From NCBI GenBank assembly GCA_040384805.1, contig JAZKIP010000009.1, forward strand, positions 1,490-65,489: 64,000 bases of DNA. Direction: 5' to 3'. Source of the stretch: Patescibacteria group bacterium. Lineage in GTDB: Bacteria > Patescibacteriota > Minisyncoccia > Phycocordibacterales > UBA9973. A model generated the notes under the pieces. The model was given only the letters and a program-made list of their open reading frames with translations. It did not search any database and was not told where the DNA came from. Below are positions 38,226-48,712 of the stretch, in pieces (positions within the stretch are counted from its first letter, which is position 1; each line of letters opens with the position of its first letter). The position numbers and the translations under genes are program-made.

Positions 38226-38864
38226 ATGAATTTAAAAAATACACGAACCCAATATCTCTGTTATAACGGGCCTGTCGGCGCAGGGGGAACGAACGATCAT
38301 CTGAAAATCAAGATCGGCGTTTCAGGTGCGGCTGAGACAGGCGCCTGCGGCGTACGCGCTTTCGATCAGGCACAGGAGCTTGGCCGGGAGATCATCCGGC
38401 AGGGAGGCATACTTGTGACCGGAGCGACATCGGGATTCCCGATCTGGAGCGCCATGGGTGCAAAAGAAGAGCAAGGGTTGAGCATCGGCATTTCTCCGGC
38501 TTCCAATGAGCATGAGCATATCGACGTATATAAGCTTCCGATGGAACATATGGACTTTATCATCTATACAGGTTTCGGTTTTCCGGGCAGAGATCTCCTC
38601 TTTACGCGAAGCTGCGAGGCGGTCATCGTCGGATGCGGCCGAATCGGAACTATCCACGAGTTTACGATCGCGTTTGAGGACGGCAAGCCTATCGGAATTC
38701 TTGAAGGAGAGTGGACGATGGATGAGACGATCCGCGATATCATCGCCCGCGGCAACCGTCCTAACGATAAAATTGTTTTTGATTCGGACCCTAAAGCGCT
38801 TGTGGAGAAAGTCATCGCTCTAGTGGCGAAGGATAAGGCTCAGAGAAAACTCGCTCTAAATTAA
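38226..38864 (+). CDS. LOG/SLOG family nucleotide-binding protein
   Basis: IGVSG, LVTGA, GISP, TGFG...R, G.IGTIHE. Confidence 0.85.
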   Translation: MNLKNTRTQYLCYNGPVGAGGTNDHLKIKIGVSGAAETGACGVRAFDQAQELGREIIRQGGILVTGATSGFPIWSAMGAKEEQGLSIGISPASNEHEHIDVYKLPMEHMDFIIYTGFGFPGRDLLFTRSCEAVIVGCGRIGTIHEFTIAFEDGKPIGILEGEWTMDETIRDIIARGNRPNDKIVFDSDPKALVEKVIALVAKDKAQRKLALN

Positions 38865-38901
38865 AAATCCCCTCCGACCTTACGTCGGAGGGGATTTTTA
38901 A
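38861..38901. terminator. bidirectional terminator
   Basis: ttaaaaatcccctccgac...gtcggaggggatttttaa between convergent genes. Confidence 0.85.
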
Positions 38902-39243
38902 TTAAAGGCTTTTTGCGATGCGGGAGAATGTTTCAGGATTGTCTTGAGCAAGCGTTGCCAAGATCTTGCGATCGATGACGATGTTCTTCTTTTTAAGCTT
39001 GTTCATGAATACGCTATAGGACATATCGAATGGCCTGATCGCCGCGTTGATGCGTGTTGTCCACAATGATCGGGCATCGGCTTTCTTGTCTCTTCGGTGG
39101 GCGAATGCGTATGCTCCTGCATGGAGAAGTGCTTCTTTTGCCTGCGCCTCCTTGGTGCTGCGGCCGAATCTGAATCCTTTCGTCTGCGCAAGGATATTCT
39201 TGCGGCGCTTGTTCTTGATAACTCCTCGTTTTACTCGTGTCAT
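38902..39243 (-). CDS. rplT: 50S ribosomal protein L20
   Basis: MTRVKRG, RSLW..RINAA, YS.F, DRKILA.LA. Confidence 0.98.
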   Translation of the reverse strand: MTRVKRGVIKNKRRKNILAQTKGFRFGRSTKEAQAKEALLHAGAYAFAHRRDKKADARSLWTTRINAAIRPFDMSYSVFMNKLKKKNIVIDRKILATLAQDNPETFSRIAKSL

Positions 39244-39275
39244 AAAATGGTGATGTAATTAGTATTTGGTAAATA

Positions 39276-39467
39276 TTACGCGTTTGGCAGATATGTGCGT
39301 GTAATCTTGTTGGAAAGATGAAGGGTATTCATTTTCTTGCCGTTGAGCTGTTTCGTGCGGGATTGTTTCGCATTGAAGTGGTTGAAGCCCGGAGCGCGAG
39401 AAAGGATCTTCCCGTTCTTGGTGACCTTCAGGCGCTTGGTCATTGATTTGTTTGTTTTAATGCTCAT
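39276..39467 (-). CDS. rpmI: 50S ribosomal protein L35
   Basis: KTNKS..KR.KVT.NGKI; between infC and rplT. Confidence 0.92.
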   Translation of the reverse strand: MSIKTNKSMTKRLKVTKNGKILSRAPGFNHFNAKQSRTKQLNGKKMNTLHLSNKITRTYLPNA

Positions 39468-39491
39468 ATACTTCTTTTTTATTAATAAAAT

Positions 39492-40055
39492 TTAACTTAT
39501 TGCTTCTTGTTTTGGAACCTTGTTCTCGGCATCTGCACCTTTTGAAGGTATCTTGTCCTTTTCGATGGTCATCGTCGGGCCTTTGGGACCCTTTTTGTAT
39601 CCTTCCGCGATCTTGAAATTTTCGGTAATCAGATGAAGCACACGATCGAGGCGTTCCTTGAGAAATGCGTCTGCCATGTATTTCGCGCGGCCGGAAAGGA
39701 AAAGCTCTACCTTGATGCGATGGCCTTCGCGAAGCCATTCGGAGGCTTTCTTCGCCTTCATGGCAAGATCATTGTCTCCGGTTCCGATTTTTATCTGGAT
39801 GGATTTCGTCTCGGTCGTTTTGGCACCTTGTTTGGCTTTTTTCTGCTTCTTATTTTGCTCGTACTGGTATTTGCCGAATTCTGCTATTTTCACTATCGGA
39901 GGTTTGGCATTGGGAGAAATTTCAATCAAATCAAGACCGTCCTTTTGGGCAAGTGCAAGCGCCTCCTTTAAACTTAAAACGCCAAGGTTCGTACCCTCGC
40001 TTGAGATTACGCGAACCTCGAGAGCTCGTATTTGATTGTTGATTCTTTCTCTCAA
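39492..40055 (-). CDS. infC: translation initiation factor IF-3 (TTG start)
   Basis: INNQIRA.EVRVI, LDLIEISP.A.PP, GKY.YE. Confidence 0.97.
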   Translation of the reverse strand: MRERINNQIRALEVRVISSEGTNLGVLSLKEALALAQKDGLDLIEISPNAKPPIVKIAEFGKYQYEQNKKQKKAKQGAKTTETKSIQIKIGTGDNDLAMKAKKASEWLREGHRIKVELFLSGRAKYMADAFLKERLDRVLHLITENFKIAEGYKKGPKGPTMTIEKDKIPSKGADAENKVPKQEAIS

Positions 40056-40133
40056 AAAATTAGATACCGATAGAAATAAATAGAATTTGCCTACCTGTGA
40101 TTGATAATAGCATATTCATGTTAGTATGGCAAT

Positions 40134-40916
40134 ATGGATCAGAAAGTGATAAACGTCTATAAAAAATCAGGTCAAACCCCTCTTGAGTGCATTCAAAAAC
40201 TCAAAAACGCCCATCTGGAACTCAGGCATGTGCCGCTTTCATACGCGGGGAGACTTGATCCTCTTGCCGAGGGTGTTCTCCTTATTCTTGTAGGAGATGA
40301 GTGTCTGAAAAAGGATGACTATCTGGCTTTGGACAAGGAATATGAGATGACTATCCTCTTCGGCTTCTCCACGGATACATATGATGTGATGGGACTAGTT
40401 GACGAGTCGAAAGAGTCGCAAGATCTGATAGAGGATATCTCGGATAAAGTCTCACATATTCTCCCGCAATTTGTGGGCCGCATCAGTCAGAAATATCCGG
40501 CATACTCATCACGAACAGTGGATAGTAAACCCCTTTTCCAATGGGCCCGCGAGGGGAAGCTTGATGAAATCGTCATACCGTCGCATGATGTCTTTATAAA
40601 AAGTATCAATATCGTCTCCTCGGGCTCCGTGTCGTCAGAGGAATTTCGCAAGAAAATACACGAAATGATCACCGCTGTCCATGGCGATTTCCGACAGGAC
40701 CAGATTCTTGGTATATGGAATAAAATCCTACGACCGCTTCCGGAAAAGGAATTTCCCGTTCTGACTCTTCGTATTGTTTCCGGAAGCGGGGTTTATGTCC
40801 GGGCACTTGCTCATGATATCGGACAGGCTCTCGGCATTCCCGCTCTTGCCCTTGGAATTGTACGTACGAGAGTAGGGGATTACCGGAATCCGGAATATCA
40901 ACAAGAGATGATATAA
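40134..40916 (+). CDS. truB: TruB-like tRNA pseudouridine synthase
   Basis: AGRLDPLAEGVL, K.Y, TDTYD, Q..PAYS, GVYVRALAHDIG. Confidence 0.85.
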   Translation: MDQKVINVYKKSGQTPLECIQKLKNAHLELRHVPLSYAGRLDPLAEGVLLILVGDECLKKDDYLALDKEYEMTILFGFSTDTYDVMGLVDESKESQDLIEDISDKVSHILPQFVGRISQKYPAYSSRTVDSKPLFQWAREGKLDEIVIPSHDVFIKSINIVSSGSVSSEEFRKKIHEMITAVHGDFRQDQILGIWNKILRPLPEKEFPVLTLRIVSGSGVYVRALAHDIGQALGIPALALGIVRTRVGDYRNPEYQQEMI

Positions 40917-40924
40917 TTTTATGT

Positions 40925-41878
40925 ATGAAAAAAATCGTTACAATCGGCGGCGGCACCGGACACTTTGCTATTCTTTCGGGATTGAAGAATCTTCCAGATA
41001 TTTCCCTGTCTGCGATCGTAACAATGTCAGACGATGGAGGTTCGTCCGGACCGCTTCGGCATGAGCTTGGCGTATTGCCTCCGGGCGATGTCAGGCAGTG
41101 TCTCGTTGCTTTGAGCGAAAGCGATGATGTGGTGAAAACTCTCATGAACTATCGATTCCGCGAAGGCAACCTTTCGGGGCATAGTGTCGGCAATATTTTG
41201 CTTGCGGGTCTCGAAAAAGTAACGGGGAATTTCCAAAGCGGTCTTGACGTTGCGTCCGATCTTCTGAAAGTCCGGGGCACTGTTATCCCTGTCACCGATG
41301 ATAATGCCATCCTCGCGGTTTCGCTTCTCGACGGATCAGTGATTGAAGGACAGGTCAACATTGGCCGGGCACGAATCCGCGAAGTGGGGCTTGATAAGAT
41401 CTTTTATACAAGCGATGTACGCTTGTCGGAGAAGGCTCGACAGGCGATCGTCGAAGCCGACTATATTATTATCAGTCCCGGCGATTATTATGAATCGATC
41501 ATCCCTGCTCTTATTGTTGGAGGATTTAAGGAAGCTTTGTCTGCAAGCGCAGCCGCGATAGTTTTTCCGATCAATCTTACCAATAAGGAGATCCATATGA
41601 AGCATTGGAAAGCGAGCGATTATATAAAAAACATAGAAACATATCTCGGAAAACGCATTGATGTTATTTTGATCAACAGCGAAAAGCCTTCTCTCGAACA
41701 GGAGAAACAGTTCGATTTGAAAAAAGAATCGGGAATCTTGGTCGAGGATGATATAAATGACGAGCGTGCAATCCGGAAGCCTCTTCTATCTTCTCTCCTT
41801 TTTGATCATGTTCGAAGTTTCCTGCGCCATGATCCTTCGAAGTTCGCCGAGGCTGTTTCTTCCGTCATAGAAAAATAA
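40925..41878 (+). CDS. YvcK/CofD-like UDP-sugar-binding protein
   Basis: IGGGTG, DDGGSSG.LR, PPGDVRQCL.AL, GH..GN, RHD. Confidence 0.9.
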   Translation: MKKIVTIGGGTGHFAILSGLKNLPDISLSAIVTMSDDGGSSGPLRHELGVLPPGDVRQCLVALSESDDVVKTLMNYRFREGNLSGHSVGNILLAGLEKVTGNFQSGLDVASDLLKVRGTVIPVTDDNAILAVSLLDGSVIEGQVNIGRARIREVGLDKIFYTSDVRLSEKARQAIVEADYIIISPGDYYESIIPALIVGGFKEALSASAAAIVFPINLTNKEIHMKHWKASDYIKNIETYLGKRIDVILINSEKPSLEQEKQFDLKKESGILVEDDINDERAIRKPLLSSLLFDHVRSFLRHDPSKFAEAVSSVIEK

Positions 41879-41879
41879 T

Positions 41880-42449
41880 ATGAAACTCATTTTTGATTTT
41901 GACGATACGCTTTTTGATATGAAAAATTTCAAGGAACGCATCTTCGCGCATTTAGAGAAAGCGGGAATATCGCGACAGGTTTCAGAGGATACCTATGCGA
42001 ATATGCGCGCCGATAACAGTCCTTTTTCTTTAAAGCAATTTATCTCGTCTCTTCTTGATCTTCAAGCCGCAGAAACTCCTGGTCCTGATTTTCTGTATAA
42101 CGAAATCTTACAAGAATCTCCCGCATACCTTCAGACTGCTCTCTGTGATGTTGTTAAAAAAGCGGGCTCCTCGAATTGTTATATTGTCACCAATGGAGAC
42201 GCGCAATATCAGCGCGATAAAATTAAAAAAAGCGGTGCAGAGCATTTATTTTCTGAAATATATGTGACTCCCGGGAGCAAAAAAGACATTATAGCCGGCA
42301 TCTGTGATCGAAACAGAAATGACCGCATCATCTTTATCGACAATAAGATCGAATTCATCCAAGATCTTGATATGAAGAAGTGTCCAAATCTCCAAACATT
42401 TCTGTACGACGGAAATAATCTATCGGACTTTATAAAACTAATAGGCTGA
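41880..42449 (+). CDS. HAD-superfamily hydrolase
   Basis: IFDFDDTL, VTNG, FIDN. Confidence 0.85.
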   Translation: MKLIFDFDDTLFDMKNFKERIFAHLEKAGISRQVSEDTYANMRADNSPFSLKQFISSLLDLQAAETPGPDFLYNEILQESPAYLQTALCDVVKKAGSSNCYIVTNGDAQYQRDKIKKSGAEHLFSEIYVTPGSKKDIIAGICDRNRNDRIIFIDNKIEFIQDLDMKKCPNLQTFLYDGNNLSDFIKLIG

Positions 42450-42547
42450 AGTCCGGAAAAGACAACTCAATAAATGAATATTTTTCAGGCTTATATCGCC
42501 TAATCCAGAATATTTACTTGAGCCTGTAAATAGTCTACTATGGGGAT

Positions 42548-45517
42548 ATGATTTCACGGATATATGTGACTCCGACGGTATCTGATTCCCGAGCGGAGAT
42601 TCTGGCCACATCCTTCAATAATCTCGACATTAAAGGAAAAGTCACTCATATATCCGTCATCGATTGCTATACGATCGACGCTCCGCTTTCGCCAACTGAC
42701 CTTTCCGCTTCTGCCGCTCTTTTTGCGAATCCTGTCGCCGAAAATGCGACCGTCGGCGGATTTCCGAAGATCCCGCCATTTTCATATCTCGTCGAGATCG
42801 GGTATCTTCCGGGTGTCACTGACAATGTGGGTCACACGGCCATGGAGGAGATCGCTGACAAGCTCGGACGACCCTTTAAAGACACGGAAGCTGTGTATGT
42901 ATCACGGCTTTTTTGTATCTCAGGAGAGCTTTCCGAATCCGATGCAAAAATAATTTCCTTATCGCTTCATAATCCTCTGATCGAGCGGGCGTATGTGGCA
43001 AAAGCCGATCTTATTAAGAAACAAAACGGCCTGCCTCTTGTTGTTCCTCAAGTTATTCTTCCCACGAAAACTCCCGTTATAAAAGTCTCGCTTGATCTGT
43101 CTGACGAAGAACTTATAAAGATCGGCAAAGAAGGAATTTCAGGCCCCGACGGCATACGGCGCGGACCGCTTGCTCTTGATCTTGAATCTATGAAAGTCAT
43201 TCAGGCATTCTTTCGGAAACTCAAGCGTGATCCGACGGATATCGAGCTTGAATCTCTTGCCCAGACGTGGAGTGAGCATTGCAAGCACACGATATTCGCA
43301 AATTCGATCGATGATATTAAAGACGGGCTTTACAAGACATACATCAAGGCGGCGACGAATATTATACGAAAAAACAAAGGCAAAGATGATTTCTGCGTTT
43401 CCGTTTTCTCCGATAACGCAGGCGGCATTGTGTTGGACAAGGATTTTATGGTGACGCACAAGGTTGAGACTCATAACAGCCCGTCGGCGCTTGATCCTTT
43501 CGGCGGAGCGATCACAGGCATTGTCGGAGTTAATCGCGATACGATCGGATTTGGTCTCGGAGCAAAGCCTATCGCCAATACGTACGGATTCTGTTTTGGG
43601 TATCCGGGCGATGTGCGGCCGCTCTATCGCGACAAGAATCTCACGCAGAAAATGCTCCCTCCACGCCGCATCATCGATGGTGTCATAAAGGGAGTCAATG
43701 TCGGGGGAAACTGCTCGGGCATTCCGACAGTGTCGGGATTTGTTCGCTACGATGACCGCTTCCGCGGGAAACCTTTGGTATTCGTCGGTACGGTCGGATT
43801 GATCCCGCGAAAAATAAACGGAAAACTTTCGCATGAAAAATCCGCTCGCATAGGCGACTTGATTGTCGTCGTCGGGGGACGGGTCGGAGCCGACGGGATT
43901 CACGGAGCGACATTCTCCTCTGTTGCCATGGATTCATCGAGCCCTGCGACTGCTGTTCAGATCGGCGATCCGATCACTCAGAAAAAATTAAGCGACGCGA
44001 TTATCAAGGAAGCTCGTAACAGGGAACTCTATACGAGCATCACCGACAATGGCGCAGGAGGCCTTTCATGCTCGGTTGCCGAGATGGCCAAGGAGTCCGG
44101 CGGAGCAGTCGTCGATATTGAAAGCATTCCGACGAAATATCCCGGCCTTTCGCCCTGGGAGATCTGGATCTCCGAATCGCAGGAGCGAATGACCCTTTCG
44201 GTGCCGAAAAAGAAATGGAATGAATTCAAGAATTTGATGGAATCGCGCGGTGTGCTTGCCGTTGTAATCGGAGAGTTTACCGATTCCGGGAAGTGTATTG
44301 TCCGCCACAATGGGAAAATGATCATGGATATGCCGATGGAATTCCTTCATAACGGCTTGCCGGTTCGTCATCTCATATCAGAAAAAAGTAAGAGCGTACA
44401 TAAAGATCCGAAAATTCCCAGGGGAGATTCTCGGACGAAAGAATTGCTCGCGCTTTTAAGAGAAGGGAATGTCGGAGGATTTTCATTCATTTCGGAGCAA
44501 TATGATCATGAGGTGCAGGCTACATCGGTAATCAAACCGCTTTCCGGAAAAGGTCGCATCAATACCGATGCCCAAGTCATCCGCCCTGTTCTTGATTCTA
44601 CGAAAGGAGTGATACTTTCTGAAGGCGTATATCCTTCGTACTCCGATATCGACACATATCACATGGCTGCATGCGCGATCGACACGGCTATCAGGAATGC
44701 TGTCGCCGGAGGCGGAAGCCTAAAACATTTGGCAATTCTCGATAACTTCTGCTGGTGCTCGTCATACGACAAGAAACGCTTGGCGGAACTCGTCGCAGCC
44801 GTTCGCGCCTGCTATGACTACGCCGTCGGGTACGGAACCCCCTTTATTTCAGGCAAAGACAGTATGTTCAATGATTTCCGCGGATACGATGAAAAGGGAA
44901 ATCTGATCGCGATTTCAATCCCGCCGACGCTTTTAATATCGGCGATCGGAGTGATGAAGGATATATCAAAGGCGGTCAGTCCTGAATTTAAGATGGCAGG
45001 CGATATCATTTATGTCTTGGGTGAAACTCATGATGAGCTTGGTGCAAGCGAGTATTACAAGCTCCTTGCTAAGGGTACCCTTGAGGATATCGGAAATAGT
45101 ATGCCTCGGGTTGATCTCCAAAAGAATATTAAAATATATCAGGCGCTTGAAAAGGCGATCGATAAGGAATTAATCGCATCATCACTCTCCCTTACGTCCG
45201 GAGGCCTTTCTGTTGGATTAGCGAAGGCCTCTCTTGGCGGCATGCTCGGATGTACGGTGAATGTCAAAAATATTCCCGGCACGGCATCATCGATTGACGC
45301 GAAGCTTTTCTCCGAAAGTCAGGGGCGAATCATCGTTACTGTAGCGAAGAAAAACATACGCGCTTTTGAGAAACTGATGAGGAATATCCCGCATGCGAAG
45401 ATCGGCACTGTTTTAAGGAACAAGAGTTTCACCATAACCGATGAAAAGAAAGCGATTGATACGATGGTCGATATTCTTGCAAAAAATTATCATAACTTCT
45501 CGCGGCAATTTAAATAA
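42548..45517 (+). CDS. purL: FGAM synthase subunit PurL with N-terminal PurS-like extension
   Basis: QTWSEHCKH, KVETHNSPS, DGIHGATFSS, D.GAGG, SESQERM, ISGKDS; 989 aa. Confidence 0.95.
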   Translation: MISRIYVTPTVSDSRAEILATSFNNLDIKGKVTHISVIDCYTIDAPLSPTDLSASAALFANPVAENATVGGFPKIPPFSYLVEIGYLPGVTDNVGHTAMEEIADKLGRPFKDTEAVYVSRLFCISGELSESDAKIISLSLHNPLIERAYVAKADLIKKQNGLPLVVPQVILPTKTPVIKVSLDLSDEELIKIGKEGISGPDGIRRGPLALDLESMKVIQAFFRKLKRDPTDIELESLAQTWSEHCKHTIFANSIDDIKDGLYKTYIKAATNIIRKNKGKDDFCVSVFSDNAGGIVLDKDFMVTHKVETHNSPSALDPFGGAITGIVGVNRDTIGFGLGAKPIANTYGFCFGYPGDVRPLYRDKNLTQKMLPPRRIIDGVIKGVNVGGNCSGIPTVSGFVRYDDRFRGKPLVFVGTVGLIPRKINGKLSHEKSARIGDLIVVVGGRVGADGIHGATFSSVAMDSSSPATAVQIGDPITQKKLSDAIIKEARNRELYTSITDNGAGGLSCSVAEMAKESGGAVVDIESIPTKYPGLSPWEIWISESQERMTLSVPKKKWNEFKNLMESRGVLAVVIGEFTDSGKCIVRHNGKMIMDMPMEFLHNGLPVRHLISEKSKSVHKDPKIPRGDSRTKELLALLREGNVGGFSFISEQYDHEVQATSVIKPLSGKGRINTDAQVIRPVLDSTKGVILSEGVYPSYSDIDTYHMAACAIDTAIRNAVAGGGSLKHLAILDNFCWCSSYDKKRLAELVAAVRACYDYAVGYGTPFISGKDSMFNDFRGYDEKGNLIAISIPPTLLISAIGVMKDISKAVSPEFKMAGDIIYVLGETHDELGASEYYKLLAKGTLEDIGNSMPRVDLQKNIKIYQALEKAIDKELIASSLSLTSGGLSVGLAKASLGGMLGCTVNVKNIPGTASSIDAKLFSESQGRIIVTVAKKNIRAFEKLMRNIPHAKIGTVLRNKSFTITDEKKAIDTMVDILAKNYHNFSRQFK

Positions 45518-45518
45518 T

Positions 45519-46391
45519 ATGACAAACGAGAAATTTTTCCCTACAGGAAATGAGCGCAAAAAAGTAGTAGAAGAGAATCAAAAGCAAACTGTCTCTTTTC
45601 AGGAAAAAGGCAAAAGCATGATACAAGATTCCCACTATTATACGGATGTCGATTCTCCTCTTGAAGGTTCAATGGTAGATACGGGCAATAGTTTCAGCTT
45701 TTCATTCCATGAGATAATTCCGCAGGGTTACATAAATATGCGCGACTATATTGAAAAAAATCTTGCAGAGAAAAAAGGCCACGCTGTGGGAATTGAGTTC
45801 GGAGGTCTTGGGTACAATCTTTTTGCCGGATTCGACAGGGGATTTTTTAAAAAGTCGCTTGGCGTAACTCTCGTTGACCATAGGATGGATAGCTGGAAAC
45901 AACAAGACGAAAAAATAGCAGAAGAAAAGAAATTAGATCATACCGTCGTCGAAGGGAATATTCTGTCGCCGGATTTATATAAGAACTTGGAGAAAAAGCT
46001 CGATAAGAAAAAAGCGGATCTCGTCATTGAGAGAATGTTCAGAGGTCTTGAATTCATGCCGCAGGAGCCATATGAAATAGGCAAGGTGTTGCAGAAATGG
46101 TATTCGATGCTTAATGAGAACGGAATGATGTTTGTCCAGGTGCCGGTTGTTTTCAATAATCTTCTTGAAAAATGGGGTTTGATGATTCAAAAAGGATATG
46201 GTCATGTTATAGAATTAAGATACAAGAAAGGAAAGTATGACATGGGCAGAGTGGATGATCCGTCGGTCTTCATCTTGAAAAAATTAAAAGGAGCTCCCGA
46301 GAAGCTGCCTTTCCTTGATCCGAGAACTGTTCAGGAAACGGAAAAAAATACTGATATAAATTATTATGAAAAAAGAAACACTGAAAATTAA
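45519..46391 (+). CDS. putative class I SAM-dependent methyltransferase-fold protein
   Basis: GIEFGGLG (motif I-like), GVTL, VEGNI, ADLVI, LNENG..F pattern. Confidence 0.5.
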   Translation: MTNEKFFPTGNERKKVVEENQKQTVSFQEKGKSMIQDSHYYTDVDSPLEGSMVDTGNSFSFSFHEIIPQGYINMRDYIEKNLAEKKGHAVGIEFGGLGYNLFAGFDRGFFKKSLGVTLVDHRMDSWKQQDEKIAEEKKLDHTVVEGNILSPDLYKNLEKKLDKKKADLVIERMFRGLEFMPQEPYEIGKVLQKWYSMLNENGMMFVQVPVVFNNLLEKWGLMIQKGYGHVIELRYKKGKYDMGRVDDPSVFILKKLKGAPEKLPFLDPRTVQETEKNTDINYYEKRNTEN

Positions 46392-47163
46392 GAAACCGTG
46401 TGTCATGATCCTTTCGGGATACGGCATCAACTGCGAAGAGGAAACAAAATTCGCTTTCGAATCTGTAGGCGGCGCGGCCGACATTATCCACATCAACGAT
46501 CTTATTGATGATCCGGCATTATTTTCGAAATACCACATCCTTGCATTTCCGGGAGGGTTCTCGTATGGGGATGATACAGGATCGGGAAAGGCCTTTGCCA
46601 ATAAAATGAAGAATCATCTCGGGAAAGAACTCAAGGAGTTCGTCAGTCGCGACACGCTTGTTATCGGCATCTGTAATGGATTCCAGATTATTACGAATCT
46701 CGGCCTTCTGCCGGGAGCACTGGTACACAATAAAGGGGGCCTTTATATCGACCGTTGGGTTGATCTTGAAACAAAAGAAAATAAAAGCCCATGGCTTTCC
46801 GGTATAGAAAAGATTTCCCTCCCGATCGCCCATGGCGAAGGACGCTATGTTGTTGGTACTGATGAATATAAGGCGATGAAAAAAAGGGGAGACATAGCCT
46901 TTTCTTATACGAAAGGAGAAATATGCGATTATCAGAATCTCGAGGCCAATCCGAACGGCGCCATGCATGACATCGCGGGCATCCTCGGCTATAATGGAAG
47001 AGTCTTAGGGCTCATGCCTCATCCGGAAAGGGCACTTTTCTTCCATCATCGCCCCGATTGGCAGTTACGCAACGAAGTTCTTAAGAGGAAAGGGAAGAAA
47101 ATGGAAAAAGAAGGAGCAGGAATTGTCTTATTCAAAAACGCAGTTAAATACTTTAAAAAATAA
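46366..47163 (+). CDS. purQ: FGAM synthase glutaminase subunit
   Basis: GINCEEE, PGGFSYGD, GICNGFQ, AHGEG, MPHPER. Confidence 0.96.
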   Translation: MKKETLKIKKPCVMILSGYGINCEEETKFAFESVGGAADIIHINDLIDDPALFSKYHILAFPGGFSYGDDTGSGKAFANKMKNHLGKELKEFVSRDTLVIGICNGFQIITNLGLLPGALVHNKGGLYIDRWVDLETKENKSPWLSGIEKISLPIAHGEGRYVVGTDEYKAMKKRGDIAFSYTKGEICDYQNLEANPNGAMHDIAGILGYNGRVLGLMPHPERALFFHHRPDWQLRNEVLKRKGKKMEKEGAGIVLFKNAVKYFKK

Positions 47164-47174
47164 ATCAAGAATAC

Positions 47175-48572
47175 ATGGAGCATCTTAAAGAAAAGTGCGG
47201 TATTGTAGGACTGTACGGCAGAGATTTGCCATTGGCGAAGCTTGCCTTTTTCGGTCTCTTTGCCCTTCAGCACAGAGGACAGGAAGCATCGGGAATTACG
47301 ACGTCAGATGGCGTCTCTTTTTATAATCATAAGGGCGCAGGCCTCGTGTCAGCAGTTTACAGCGAAGAGGATATTGCGCGCCTAGCGGGCCATATCGGCA
47401 TCGGACATAACCGCTACTCAACATCAGGCGGCGGAGCGCTCTCTCATGCTCAGCCGGTCGTAACGGGAGATTTTTCATTTGCTCTTGCTCATAATGGCAA
47501 TCTGCCGAGTACGAAGGCCCTTGAGGAATTCCTTTCATCACATGGCGTTCTTGTTGCTGACAGGACCGATTCTGAACTTATCGCCGATGCCGTGTCATTT
47601 TACCTTTCTCAAAGCCTATCCCTTGAAGAAGCGATAGAAAAAGTCTTCCCGCTTTTAACGGGAGCATTCTCTCTTGTCATGATGACGCGCGAAAAACTCG
47701 TCGCAGTGCGGGATTCATACGGGATGAGGCCGCTTTGTCTGGGAACCATCGGCGATGGATATATGATCGCGTCGGAGACATGCGCGCTTAAAACTATCGG
47801 GGCGACTTTTCTACGAGAAGTTAATCCGGGCGAAATGATGGTGATCGACGATTCGGGTCTTAAAAGCGTAACGCTTGCGAATGCGACGCCGAAACATGAC
47901 ATATTTGAATACGTGTATTTCGCTCGGCCTGATAGCGTTCTTAACGGAAAGCTCGTTTACGAAGTCAGAAAGAATTTCGGCAAAAAATTGGCCGAAGAAT
48001 GCCTCCTTGATGTCGACTGCGTGGTGCCCGTGCCCGATACTGCAACGCCTGTTGCCGTCGGATATACCGAAAAGTCGGGAATCCCGCTTGAGCTTGCTCT
48101 TGTGAAGAACCGTTATGTCCATCGCACCTTTATCGAGCCTGACCAGAAATCCCGCCGCAACAGTGTCGCATTAAAGCTTGTGACATTGCCGGAAGTTCTT
48201 GCCGGCAAGAAGATTGCGGTGATCGACGATTCTATCGTCCGAGGGAACACGAGCAAGAAGCTCGTCGAGGCTCTTTTTGCCGCAGGTGCGGCCGAAGTGC
48301 ACTTCCTCGTCTCATCGCCCCCGGTGAAGTTCCCCGATTTTTACGGGATCGATACTCCAATGCAAAGCGAGCTTATCGCATCGCACAAGACAGTTGAGGA
48401 GATCAGGGAATTTCTCGGAGCAACATCGCTTCACTTCTTGTCTCTTGAAGGACTGATAGAGTCGATCGGATTGCCGGAAGAAGAGCTCTCGACGTCATTT
48501 TTCACCGGAGAGTACCCGATCGATATTTTGGAAAGAAAAGATGAAGTTAGCTACGATGTATCGCAGGAATAG
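47175..48572 (+). CDS. purF: amidophosphoribosyltransferase
   Basis: CGIVG, LQHRGQE, GHNRYST, HNGN, DDSIVRGNT. Confidence 0.97.
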   Translation: MEHLKEKCGIVGLYGRDLPLAKLAFFGLFALQHRGQEASGITTSDGVSFYNHKGAGLVSAVYSEEDIARLAGHIGIGHNRYSTSGGGALSHAQPVVTGDFSFALAHNGNLPSTKALEEFLSSHGVLVADRTDSELIADAVSFYLSQSLSLEEAIEKVFPLLTGAFSLVMMTREKLVAVRDSYGMRPLCLGTIGDGYMIASETCALKTIGATFLREVNPGEMMVIDDSGLKSVTLANATPKHDIFEYVYFARPDSVLNGKLVYEVRKNFGKKLAEECLLDVDCVVPVPDTATPVAVGYTEKSGIPLELALVKNRYVHRTFIEPDQKSRRNSVALKLVTLPEVLAGKKIAVIDDSIVRGNTSKKLVEALFAAGAAEVHFLVSSPPVKFPDFYGIDTPMQSELIASHKTVEEIREFLGATSLHFLSLEGLIESIGLPEEELSTSFFTGEYPIDILERKDEVSYDVSQE

Positions 48573-48591
48573 AAATCGTAGGGTATTGGAG

Positions 48592-48693
48592 CAAGCATAG
48601 TCTTCGAGAAATAACTTGCGCAAGGGCGACGGTCCGAGCAGAGAAAAAATTCAGCAGAATTTTATTCGTGTATTTCGAGAAGAGCTATGCTTG
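48592..48693 (-). repeat. about 100-nt structured intergenic element, copy A
   Basis: Reverse complement aligns to 52172-52273 and 54934-55034; self-complementary ends. Confidence 0.85.
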
Positions 48694-48712
48694 TGGAAAG
48701 AATAAATAATAT

